Source: Candidatus Bipolaricaulota bacterium
Lineage (GTDB): Bacteria > Bipolaricaulota > Bipolaricaulia > UBA7950 > UBA9294
NCBI GenBank assembly: GCA_030615945.1
Contig: JAUWYG010000002.1
Coordinates: forward strand, 1 to 43,065
DNA: 43,065 nt
Reading direction: 5' to 3'
Numbering within the stretch: the first letter of the stretch is position 1; each line of letters opens with the position of its first letter. Below the pieces are notes generated by a model. The model was given only the letters and a program-made list of their open reading frames with translations. It searched no databases and was not told where the DNA came from. Made by a program: the position numbers and the translations under genes. Shown one piece after another: positions 34,684 through 42,475 of this stretch.

Positions 34684-35802
34684 GTGAAGATTCTAACGAT
34701 TTTCGGCACAAGGCCTGAGGCGATCAAACTTGCTCCGGTTATCAAGGAATTGCAAAAGTCCCCGCTGGTCGAACCGCGGGTGTGCGTCACGGCACAGCAC
34801 CGTGAGATGCTCGACCAGGTGTTGGAGGTGTTCCACATTGTACCCGACTGTGATCTGGACATTATGCACGAAGATCAGAGCCTGTTTGACATCACATCTC
34901 ACGCCCTCCGATTGCTCGAGGATGTGCTAAAGGAAGAAGGGCCTGACATCGTATTGATCCAGGGGGACACCACGACGGCATTTGTCGCCAGCCTTGCTGC
35001 CTACTACTTAAAGATCAAGATCGGCCATGTGGAGGCTGGTCTGCGTACAGCTGATAAGTTCAACCCCTTCCCTGAGGAGATCAATCGGAGGCTTGTGGAT
35101 GTTCTGTCCGATCTCTGGTTTGCCCCCACACAAAAAGCTGAAGCAAACCTGCTCCGGGAAGGATTCCCTTCCGGAAACATCTTTGTCACGGGAAACACGG
35201 TGATCGATGCCCTATTTTTCACCTTGAATCGAGAAGTCCCGATCGCGCGCCAGCAGTGGCTCAGCGATCTGGGGCTATCGAGGGGAGATTCGCGACTGAT
35301 CTTGGTCACCGGCCATCGAAGAGAGAGTTTCGGTGAGGGCTTTAAGCAGATCTGCTACGGGTTGCAGAAGATCGCAGAGCACAACAAGGATCTTCAGATC
35401 GTCTACCCCGTACACTTAAATCCCCGTGTTCAAGAACCGGTACATCGTATCTTAGGAGGAATAGAGAACATCAGCCTGATCGAACCGTTAGACTATGAAC
35501 GGTTTGTATGGTTGATGAATCAGTGCTATCTGGTATTGACCGACTCCGGAGGAATTCAAGAGGAGGCCTCCTCATTGGGGAAACCGATCCTTGTGATGCG
35601 GGAGAAGACCGAGCGTCCGGAGGCGGTTGAAGCAGGTATTGCTAGGCTAGTCGGAACAGATTGCGACAAGATATTCACAGAAACGCAGCGGCTGTTAGAC
35701 AATTCTGCCATCTATGAGAAGATGGGAAAAGCAATAAGCACGTTTGGCGATGGCCGGGCAGCTGAGCGGATCGTTGAAATACTGCTAAACCATGTTAAGT
35801 GA
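34684..35802 (+). CDS. wecB: UDP-N-acetylglucosamine 2-epimerase (non-hydrolysing)
   Basis: MKILTIFGTRPEAIKLAPV...QGDTTT...HVEAGLRT...PFPEE...LTDSGGIQEE. Confidence 0.92.
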   Translation: MKILTIFGTRPEAIKLAPVIKELQKSPLVEPRVCVTAQHREMLDQVLEVFHIVPDCDLDIMHEDQSLFDITSHALRLLEDVLKEEGPDIVLIQGDTTTAFVASLAAYYLKIKIGHVEAGLRTADKFNPFPEEINRRLVDVLSDLWFAPTQKAEANLLREGFPSGNIFVTGNTVIDALFFTLNREVPIARQQWLSDLGLSRGDSRLILVTGHRRESFGEGFKQICYGLQKIAEHNKDLQIVYPVHLNPRVQEPVHRILGGIENISLIEPLDYERFVWLMNQCYLVLTDSGGIQEEASSLGKPILVMREKTERPEAVEAGIARLVGTDCDKIFTETQRLLDNSAIYEKMGKAISTFGDGRAAERIVEILLNHVK

Positions 35803-36183
35803 GGGGGATGTATTCACGCCTTTGCTTTTTTGAAAAAGGGAGAAAGCTGTTTCAAGAGGCTGGGACTCATAAGCGATGGCAAGACGCACTTTGCTCATTC
35901 CCATTTACCTCCTGAATGTGTTTTTTGCGCATCCAGGGAGGCTTTCGGTAACCCGGCTATCTCTTTACTTTGAGACCCGTGGCTTTGCGCGCCTGGATCG
36001 CTCCAGTGTTACCATTTCGTTGTCTCCCGCAAGCAAGTGACCCTTTCGGGGTCGAAAGGACTGCTCTTCTTCTACCACCTCCTTTGCCTTAGTATTGCTA
36101 TAAATGCCCGCTCACCTTTGTGAAAGGCGAAGGGGTACACCGATCAATTGCTCGTGCATCTTCGTCACTGTAGTAGATCGTCG

Positions 36184-36211
36184 GTAACTGTCCAGCTAGC
36201 TGAACAGTTAC
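36184..36211. promoter_or_regulatory. 28-nt near-perfect palindrome (operator-like) upstream of nfeD
   Basis: GTAACTGT-C-CAGCTAGCTG-A-ACAGTTAC has 26 of 28 symmetric positions. There is no U-run on either side, so it is not a terminator. It lies 36 nt upstream of the putative -35. Confidence 0.35.
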
Positions 36212-36246
36212 AAAAAATTCATATGGAAGAAATATGCAAATAGCAG

Positions 36247-36275
36247 TTGCACCGAAGGGCGCGGGTGGGTAATGT
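36247..36275 (+). promoter_or_regulatory. Promoter candidate positioned for a leaderless nfeD mRNA
   Basis: TTGCAC (36247-36252), 17 nt, TAATGT (36270-36275), then 9 nt to the ATG at 36285. There is no SD. Confidence 0.35.
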
Positions 36276-36284
36276 CAGATCGTC

Positions 36285-37565
36285 ATGAAACGACGAATAG
36301 TCACTCTATTGATCGCAGTCACTCTCACTAGCTCCCTCGCCGTTTGGGGAAACGGCGGGATTGTCCACCTTCCGCTGACCGGTTCGATCAACCCGGTGAG
36401 CAAGGACCTAGTCCTGCGCGTGATCGCCCAGGCTGAAGAGTCACAGGCGTCGCTTTTGGTAATCGAGCTTAACACCCCCGGCGGGCTGGGTGAGTCAATG
36501 CGTGACATCGTCATGGCCGAACTCGCCTCCGCGGTCCCGATTGTCGTCTTCGTGGGGCCGGCCGGTGCACGCGCCGCCTCGGCAGGGGTTCTTATCACCC
36601 TGGCCGCCGATGTGGCGATAATGGCCCCAGGGACGAACATCGGGGCTGCCCACCCGGTCGACCTGATGGGAGGCGGGCAGGATCAGGACGAAACGATGGC
36701 CGAGAAGATGACCAATGACGCTGTCGCCTTCGCCAAGTCGATCGCCGAGGAGCGCGGCCGCAACGTAGAGTGGGCAGAAGCTGCGGTGCGTGAGTCGAGC
36801 TCGCTCACCGCCTCGGAGGCCCTTGCCAAGGGGGTAATCGATCTGGTTGTCGCCGACTTCGATGAACTGCTGGAGCGCCTCGATGGCTACACCCTCCCCG
36901 ACGGCCGTGTGCTACGGACAGCTGGGCTGCCCGTAAAAGAGGTCAAACCGAGCTTGCGCGAGCGGCTTCTGGGTTACCTCGCCGATCCTAATATCGTCTA
37001 CATCCTGTTTATCCTCGGCCTCTACGGATTGATCTACGAGTTCTTCCACCCAGGGATCGGCTTTGGCCTCGCCGCCGGCGGGATCTGTCTTGCCCTCGCC
37101 TTCCTCGGGTTGCAGATCCTCCCTGTAAATGTCGTTGGGGTCGTGCTTGTCCTGTTTGGAGTCGTGCTGATGGTCCTAGACGCATTCACACCGACAAACG
37201 GGATCCTGACCACTGGGGGGGTGGTTTCACTCCTCGTTGGTTCGTTCACCTTGTTCAACATCCCCAACCGGGCGATCGGCCTTTCCTGGTCGACGATCCT
37301 CATCACTGTTGGGACAATGACCGCCCTGTTTGTGTTCATCATCTCCAAGGGACTCCTAATCCAACGCAGGCAACCGGTCACTGGAAAGAGTGGAATGATA
37401 GGGGCAATCGGGAACGCCCGCAGCGACCTCGATCCCAATGGAAAGGTGTTCATCAAGGGTGAGTACTGGGAGGCTCGCTCCCTCGAAGGGCGAATCCACG
37501 CCGGTGACCCAGTTGTCGTTGAACGCCTCGAAGGGCGCACACTCCTTGTCCACCGGAAACGATGA
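36285..37565 (+). CDS. nfeD: NfeD-family membrane-bound serine protease (ClpP-class domain, TM segment, C-terminal OB-fold)
   Basis: Signal peptide. IELNTPGGLGESMRDIV...GPAGARAASAGV; 4-5 TM helices; C-terminal GMIGAIGNARSDLDPNGKVFIKGEYWEARS. Confidence 0.85.
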   Translation: MKRRIVTLLIAVTLTSSLAVWGNGGIVHLPLTGSINPVSKDLVLRVIAQAEESQASLLVIELNTPGGLGESMRDIVMAELASAVPIVVFVGPAGARAASAGVLITLAADVAIMAPGTNIGAAHPVDLMGGGQDQDETMAEKMTNDAVAFAKSIAEERGRNVEWAEAAVRESSSLTASEALAKGVIDLVVADFDELLERLDGYTLPDGRVLRTAGLPVKEVKPSLRERLLGYLADPNIVYILFILGLYGLIYEFFHPGIGFGLAAGGICLALAFLGLQILPVNVVGVVLVLFGVVLMVLDAFTPTNGILTTGGVVSLLVGSFTLFNIPNRAIGLSWSTILITVGTMTALFVFIISKGLLIQRRQPVTGKSGMIGAIGNARSDLDPNGKVFIKGEYWEARSLEGRIHAGDPVVVERLEGRTLLVHRKR

Positions 37566-37812
37566 TCATCCGGGTAGTGCGGTACCGTTAGTGCTTACAA
37601 GCTCGTGAGAACACGTGAACCGATCATCGTCACGATGCCCTTAAGAATAAGTGCCCCCAGGATCGTTGCCCTCCACCTCAAGAATGGGGATGATCCCCGT
37701 GGCTTAGGCACAGGAGACGCTAACGTTAAAGGCAGAGCGTCTTGAGTGGGGTACAATTCTTATCAAGGAAAGTTAAATTTTCCTTCCCTGTCGCGCGGGA
37801 AAGGAGGAGAGA

Positions 37813-38169
37813 ATGCGACAGATCGCACTTTCGGTCGCCTTTATCACGCTGATCGGCCTGTTGGTTGGGATGTTGTTTATCTTGGTGCAAATCAACCGTC
37901 AAGGCCTCACCATAAACATCAAAGGGCAGGTTAAGCTGGCAGACGCCACCACAGGCGTAATGGGCAAGGTCAGCCTGGTCATGGAAGAACCCGTGAACCT
38001 GATTGCCACAGGCCCGGACAAGGAGGCAATACCAGCAAACCTTTCGGTTGCGCCCTGCCCTCAGTGCGGGGGAAGCATGGTCCCTGTTCGTTGGTACCCA
38101 CTGAGCGGGGAGATCGAGTGGCGTTGCCTTGAGTGTGGCTACACAAGTGAAGCACCGGAAACGCCTTGA
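37813..38169 (+). CDS. Small membrane-anchored protein with a C-terminal zinc ribbon
   Basis: A strong SD (AAAGGAGGAG) lies upstream. One TM helix. CPQCGG...x17...CLECG. Confidence 0.6.
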   Translation: MRQIALSVAFITLIGLLVGMLFILVQINRQGLTINIKGQVKLADATTGVMGKVSLVMEEPVNLIATGPDKEAIPANLSVAPCPQCGGSMVPVRWYPLSGEIEWRCLECGYTSEAPETP

Positions 38170-38273
38170 TAAATTAAGGGCAAACCTCCGACTCCTCCTG
38201 ATCGTCCTTAGGAAGAGCCAAGCGACCTCAAAGAGTGAAAACTCAAGTGCTTTCCGGCCAGAGGAGAGTCCCT

Positions 38274-39368
38274 CTACTCGTCGAGGCGTCTTCCTTCTTC
38301 CCACAAAACGTGGAAGAACTGCTCATAAGGAGCGGCAACGAGTGGAAGACCGATGAGTGCGAGGTCGACCTCGTTGTTCTTCTCCAAGGCGTAGTAATTC
38401 CAATTCGTCGAGCCCACAAGAACCGTCTCTTCATCTATAATTACCAGCTTGCAGTGGGTCGTCTCTGAGGGATCGTCAAGGCGGATCTTGACCCCATGTA
38501 AGTGTAGGTAAAGCGCTGCTTCCAGATTCTCCTCGGCCGAGCCAGGATAGAAGGCACAGTCATCGATTAAGACTTTAACATCTAGCCCGCGAGCGGCCGC
38601 ATCGACCAAGGCGCCCAGGATTTCGTTTGAAAGGCTTCCTTTGTACTGCGGATAGTAGGAAATCCGGTACATCACGACATGGATCGATCGCTTGACCCGG
38701 TGGAGGAGTTCGAGGAGCAGGGAGGCGTAGTTTGCAGTACCCACAGTCTCCGGTATTGGAATAAGGAGCGGACCCTCTCCGGTTAGGAGGCCCAGATCAA
38801 GCCTGATCCCGCCAGGTGGCAGGTTCCCCCTCCACAACCTGTCAAAGTATGTCGCAAACACTTCCCCCACCTGCTCGTCTTGCACCTTCACGTTTGCCTG
38901 TTCCTGATCGGTGAAAGCGTAGTGGTTCCAGTTTGAAGAACCAAGGATTACCACCCGCCGATCGACGATCACCAGCTTGGCGTGGATGGTAACTGCAGGA
39001 TCATCGAAGCGAGCCTCAATCCCATGTACCTTAAGAAATTCAATTGTCGGCCGGTTCTTTTCAGTGATCGATGTGGACCATTCGCTCTCATCGAGAAGGA
39101 CGCGTACCCGTACTCCGCGGGAGGCCGCCGCGAGTAGCTCATCCCATAGGGGTACCTCATCAAGCTGGGCGTTGGAGAGCAAAAGGTCGATCGACTCCTC
39201 CGCCGCGGCGAACGTCTCTTTGACGCAACAGCAATAAATGTTCTCCCCCGGTCGATCGATCACTGGACAAACGAGCGTCTGGGCGATGAGGCCCGCCCCA
39301 ACCGCGAATAGAACGAGGAAAAAGAGAGCCGTCTCTCCCATAATCCGCCATTGCAGCCGTCGATTCAT
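38274..39368 (-). CDS. Membrane-anchored/secreted phospholipase D superfamily protein with two HKD motifs
   Basis: HAKLVIVDRRVVILGSSNWN and HCKLVIIDEETVLVGSTNWN, plus an N-terminal TM helix. Confidence 0.85.
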   Translation of the reverse strand: MNRRLQWRIMGETALFFLVLFAVGAGLIAQTLVCPVIDRPGENIYCCCVKETFAAAEESIDLLLSNAQLDEVPLWDELLAAASRGVRVRVLLDESEWSTSITEKNRPTIEFLKVHGIEARFDDPAVTIHAKLVIVDRRVVILGSSNWNHYAFTDQEQANVKVQDEQVGEVFATYFDRLWRGNLPPGGIRLDLGLLTGEGPLLIPIPETVGTANYASLLLELLHRVKRSIHVVMYRISYYPQYKGSLSNEILGALVDAAARGLDVKVLIDDCAFYPGSAEENLEAALYLHLHGVKIRLDDPSETTHCKLVIIDEETVLVGSTNWNYYALEKNNEVDLALIGLPLVAAPYEQFFHVLWEEGRRLDE

Positions 39369-39380
39369 CTGTGCTACAAT
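39351..39380 (+). promoter_or_regulatory. Promoter candidate for the Lon-like gene
   Basis: TTGCAG (39351-39356), 18 nt, TACAAT (39375-39380), followed by the AGGAGG SD and the ATG at 39401. Confidence 0.45.
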
Positions 39381-39408
39381 TCTAATGTCAGGAGGAAGAG
39401 ATGGTCAA
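39379..39408 (-). promoter_or_regulatory. Promoter candidate for the PLD gene (leaderless geometry), overlapping the Lon promoter
   Basis: On the minus strand: TTGACC (39408-39403), 18 nt, TAGAAT (39384-39379), then 10 nt to the ATG (39368). There is no SD. Confidence 0.4.
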
Positions 39409-41827
39409 AGAACTCGATGCAACAAAGCTTCGCTACACATGTGATCCCGCGATATTTGACTTTGAGACGAGCGCTGAACTGGAGCCCCTCGACCACATCA
39501 TCGGTCAAAAGCGGGCGATCGCGGCACTCAAACTCGGTTTGGGAATCAAGGACGCCAAGAATCGCTACAACATCTACGTGGCCGGCGGACCAGGAACTGG
39601 GAAGATGTCCGCGGTAGAGTACTTTTTAAGCCATGTGAGCAAAGATGAGCCCAGGCCTCCAGACCTCTGCTACGTACACAACTTCGACAATCCCTACAGC
39701 CCTCGCTACCTGGAGCTCCCCGCCGGCATGGGATGCCAGTTGCGTACAGACATGGAACACCTGATCGTACGGCTCAAGCGCGACATCCCCAAGGTCTTCG
39801 AGTCGGACGAGTTCAAGGCACGCAGCAAGAAGATCAACGAGCGACACAGCGAGAAGCGAGCAAAGCTTTTAGAGGAGATGGAGTCAAAGTCGCGCGAGCA
39901 TGGCTTCGCAATCCAGCGCACCCCGATCGGGATCAATACCCTCCCGCTGCACAAGAAGGGCGAACCGCTCAGCCAGGAAGAGTACGAGGCTCTCTCCGAG
40001 GAGGAGCGCGCGAAGATCCTTGAGAGACAAGGCGAGGTACAGACCCTAATTCAGGAGAGCTTGCAGGAGATCACTCGCGTGGAAGAGGAGCGAGAGGACG
40101 AGATCAAAAAACTGGCCAAGGAAGCTGTTCTGTTCATGATCGAGCCGCACTTTAACCAGCTGAAGGGCCGCTACGGCGAGCTCGACAAAGTGGCCACCTT
40201 CCTCGAAAACGTTAAGGCCGACATCGTTGAGCACCTGGAGGGGTTCAAAGGGGGAGGTAACCAAGGGACCAAGACGGTGCCTTTCCCGTTTCCTATTCCC
40301 CAGGCCGATCCATTCAAGCGCTACTATGTTAACGTCCTGGTTGACAACTCGCCGACTGAGGGCGCTCCAGTGATTGTTGAGCAGAATGCGACCTACACCA
40401 ATCTGTTCGGCTCGATCGAACGGCGTGTGCAGATGGGGGTCGCCATCACCGACTTTTCTATGATCAAGCCAGGCTCACTCCACCGGGCCAACGGAGGCTA
40501 CCTGGTTCTAAACGCGAATAACCTCTTTCGCGTCGGCCTCAGTTGGGAGGCGCTGAAGATTGCGATCAAGCGACGGGAGATCCGAATTGAGGACCCGTTG
40601 CAGATGCTCGGCTATTCTACGACCGAGGGGTTGAAGCCGGAGCCAATCCCGTTCCGGATGAAGGTGATCATAATCGGTAGTCCCCAGATCTATGAGCTCT
40701 TACACTACTACGATGAGGACTTCCCCAAGTTGTTTTCCGTCAAGAGTGACTTCGGAACGGAGATGGAGCGTACCCCTGAGCACGAGCAGGAGATCGCGCG
40801 CTTCTTACGCGCCCGTTGTCAGGAGGATGAAAGCCTGCTCCCGTTCGACGCTAACGGTGTGGCAAAGATCGTCGAGTACTCCTCAGAGCTCGCTTGTGAT
40901 CAGAAGAAGCTCTCCTGCCAATTCGGGAATCTAACCTCGATCGTCAAGGAGGCCTCCTATTGGGCACGCATCGAGGAATCGCCATACGTCACCGGCGAAC
41001 ACGTCCGCCGTGCGCTCAAGGAGCGTGACGATCGACGCAACCGGATCGAGGAAAAGATACGCGAGATGATCGCCCGCGACCAGATCCTGGTCGATACCGA
41101 AGGGGCGAAGACCGGACAGGTAAACGGACTGGCTATAGTGCAGTTTGGAAACTACGCCTTCGGAAAGCCATCGCGGATCACGGCGACGGTCCATACCGGC
41201 AAAGGTGGGATCGTCGACATTGAGCGCGAGGCCGAGCTCGGCGGGCATACTCACACCAAAGGAATCATGATCCTAAAAGGGTTCCTCGGCGAGCGGTTCG
41301 CCAGGGAGAAACCCTTGAGCCTCTCTGCCAGCCTCGCCTTCGAGCAAAGCTACTCGATGATCGATGGAGACAGTGCATCTAGTACCGAGCTCTACGCTCT
41401 TCTCTCCAGCCTGGCCGACCTTCCGATCAAACAGGGGATTGCCGTCACCGGCTCGGTCAACCAGAAGGGAGAGATCCAACCGATCGGCGGGGTGAATGAG
41501 AAGATTGAGGGGTTCTTCAAGGTCTGCCAAGCAAAGGGATTAACGGGTGAACAAGGGGTGTTGATCCCTGTGCAGAACGTCGATAACCTGATGCTCTCCG
41601 AGGAGGTTGTTGAGGCCGTTGACAAGGGGGAGTTTCACATCTATCCCGTCTCCACCGTGGAAGAGGGGATCGAGATCCTGGCCGGCGTCCCTGCCGGAAC
41701 TCTGAAAGCAGACGGCACCTTCCCGGAAGGGACGGTCTTTGCCCGCATCGCTACGCGCCTGGAGCAGATCCGCAAGGTGCTGAAGGAAGAGGCGGAAAAG
41801 GAAGAAGAAAAGGAAAAATCCGCCTAA
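39401..41827 (+). CDS. LonB/LonC-type Lon-like protease with a coiled-coil insertion and degenerate Walker motifs
   Basis: IIGQKRAIAALKLGLGI...NIYVAGGPGTGKMS. A long charged helical insert (about aa 130-250). LHRANGGYLVLNANNLF sits where Walker B is expected. The S16 protease domain has DGDSASS (Ser) and KIEGFFKVC (Lys). Confidence 0.75.
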   Translation: MVKELDATKLRYTCDPAIFDFETSAELEPLDHIIGQKRAIAALKLGLGIKDAKNRYNIYVAGGPGTGKMSAVEYFLSHVSKDEPRPPDLCYVHNFDNPYSPRYLELPAGMGCQLRTDMEHLIVRLKRDIPKVFESDEFKARSKKINERHSEKRAKLLEEMESKSREHGFAIQRTPIGINTLPLHKKGEPLSQEEYEALSEEERAKILERQGEVQTLIQESLQEITRVEEEREDEIKKLAKEAVLFMIEPHFNQLKGRYGELDKVATFLENVKADIVEHLEGFKGGGNQGTKTVPFPFPIPQADPFKRYYVNVLVDNSPTEGAPVIVEQNATYTNLFGSIERRVQMGVAITDFSMIKPGSLHRANGGYLVLNANNLFRVGLSWEALKIAIKRREIRIEDPLQMLGYSTTEGLKPEPIPFRMKVIIIGSPQIYELLHYYDEDFPKLFSVKSDFGTEMERTPEHEQEIARFLRARCQEDESLLPFDANGVAKIVEYSSELACDQKKLSCQFGNLTSIVKEASYWARIEESPYVTGEHVRRALKERDDRRNRIEEKIREMIARDQILVDTEGAKTGQVNGLAIVQFGNYAFGKPSRITATVHTGKGGIVDIEREAELGGHTHTKGIMILKGFLGERFAREKPLSLSASLAFEQSYSMIDGDSASSTELYALLSSLADLPIKQGIAVTGSVNQKGEIQPIGGVNEKIEGFFKVCQAKGLTGEQGVLIPVQNVDNLMLSEEVVEAVDKGEFHIYPVSTVEEGIEILAGVPAGTLKADGTFPEGTVFARIATRLEQIRKVLKEEAEKEEEKEKSA

Positions 41828-41881
41828 CGCCCTTCCACTTAGGTGCCCCTTTAAGCTGCGCCACGAGCCGCTCCGCTGTAG

Positions 41882-42451
41882 CCAGCCCTCTCTTCCACAG
41901 CGGCCGAGGCGACAAAAGAGGCGGTTCGTGTAGCGAGGAAGGCAGGCATCAAGGTATCGATCGATCTCAACTACCGAGCACTGCTATGGTCACAAGAAAA
42001 AGCGCGTGAGGTCATGTCAGAGTTGGTGGATGCAGCCGACATCCTCATCACCACTGAGGAGGACACAGAGCGGGTGTTCGGGATCAAGAAGGATAATTAC
42101 GAAGAGGTTGCCAAGGCTCTGGCTGATCAGTTTCACCTTGAGGCAATGGCAATCACCTTGCGCGAGACACCATCGGTGCGGCAAAACACCTGGACCGCCA
42201 TTGCATACGCCAATGGGAAAATCCACCGCGGGCCGAAGTTTAAGATCGAGATCGTGGATCGAGTCGGTGCCGGGGATTCCTTCACCGGTGGGTTTCTTTT
42301 CGGTTACCTGCACGACGGCCCTGCTGCTGCGGTGCGCTATGGCGTAGCCATCTCCGCCCTCAAACAGACCAACCCTGGCGACCTTTGTTGGGCGACCCGC
42401 GAGGAGACCGAACGCCTCCTTGAGGGTGGTGGCTTGCGCATCGTGCGCTGA
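41882..42451 (+). pseudogene. 5'-truncated PfkB-family sugar kinase (2-dehydro-3-deoxygluconokinase-like) remnant
   Basis: The frame is open from the TAG at 41879-41881 and reads ...EAVRVARKAGIKVSIDLNYRALLWSQEKAREVMSELVDAADILITTEED...VDRVGAGDSFTGGF. This is only the C-terminal ~190 aa of a ~320-aa fold. There is no ATG/GTG/TTG before 42014, and only 54 nt separate it from the Lon stop. Confidence 0.6.
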
Positions 42452-42475
42452 TGTAGAACCGAAAGCACGATGGCC

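Noticed and set aside
35790-35909. 39-aa minus-strand ORF (MGMSKVRLAIAYESQ...) with GGAGG upstream, overlapping the wecB 3' end
   Set aside because: It is very short, overlaps the end of a well-supported convergent gene, matches no family and has unremarkable composition.
38274-41827. PLD nuclease-like plus Lon-like protease as a BREX-type or other phage-defence pair
   Set aside because: The Lon-like protein has the LonB/LonC N-terminus (IGQKRAIAALKLGL) rather than a BrxL-like one. The PLD protein has a membrane anchor or signal typical of lipid enzymes. No methyltransferase, PglZ, helicase or other defence genes are nearby.
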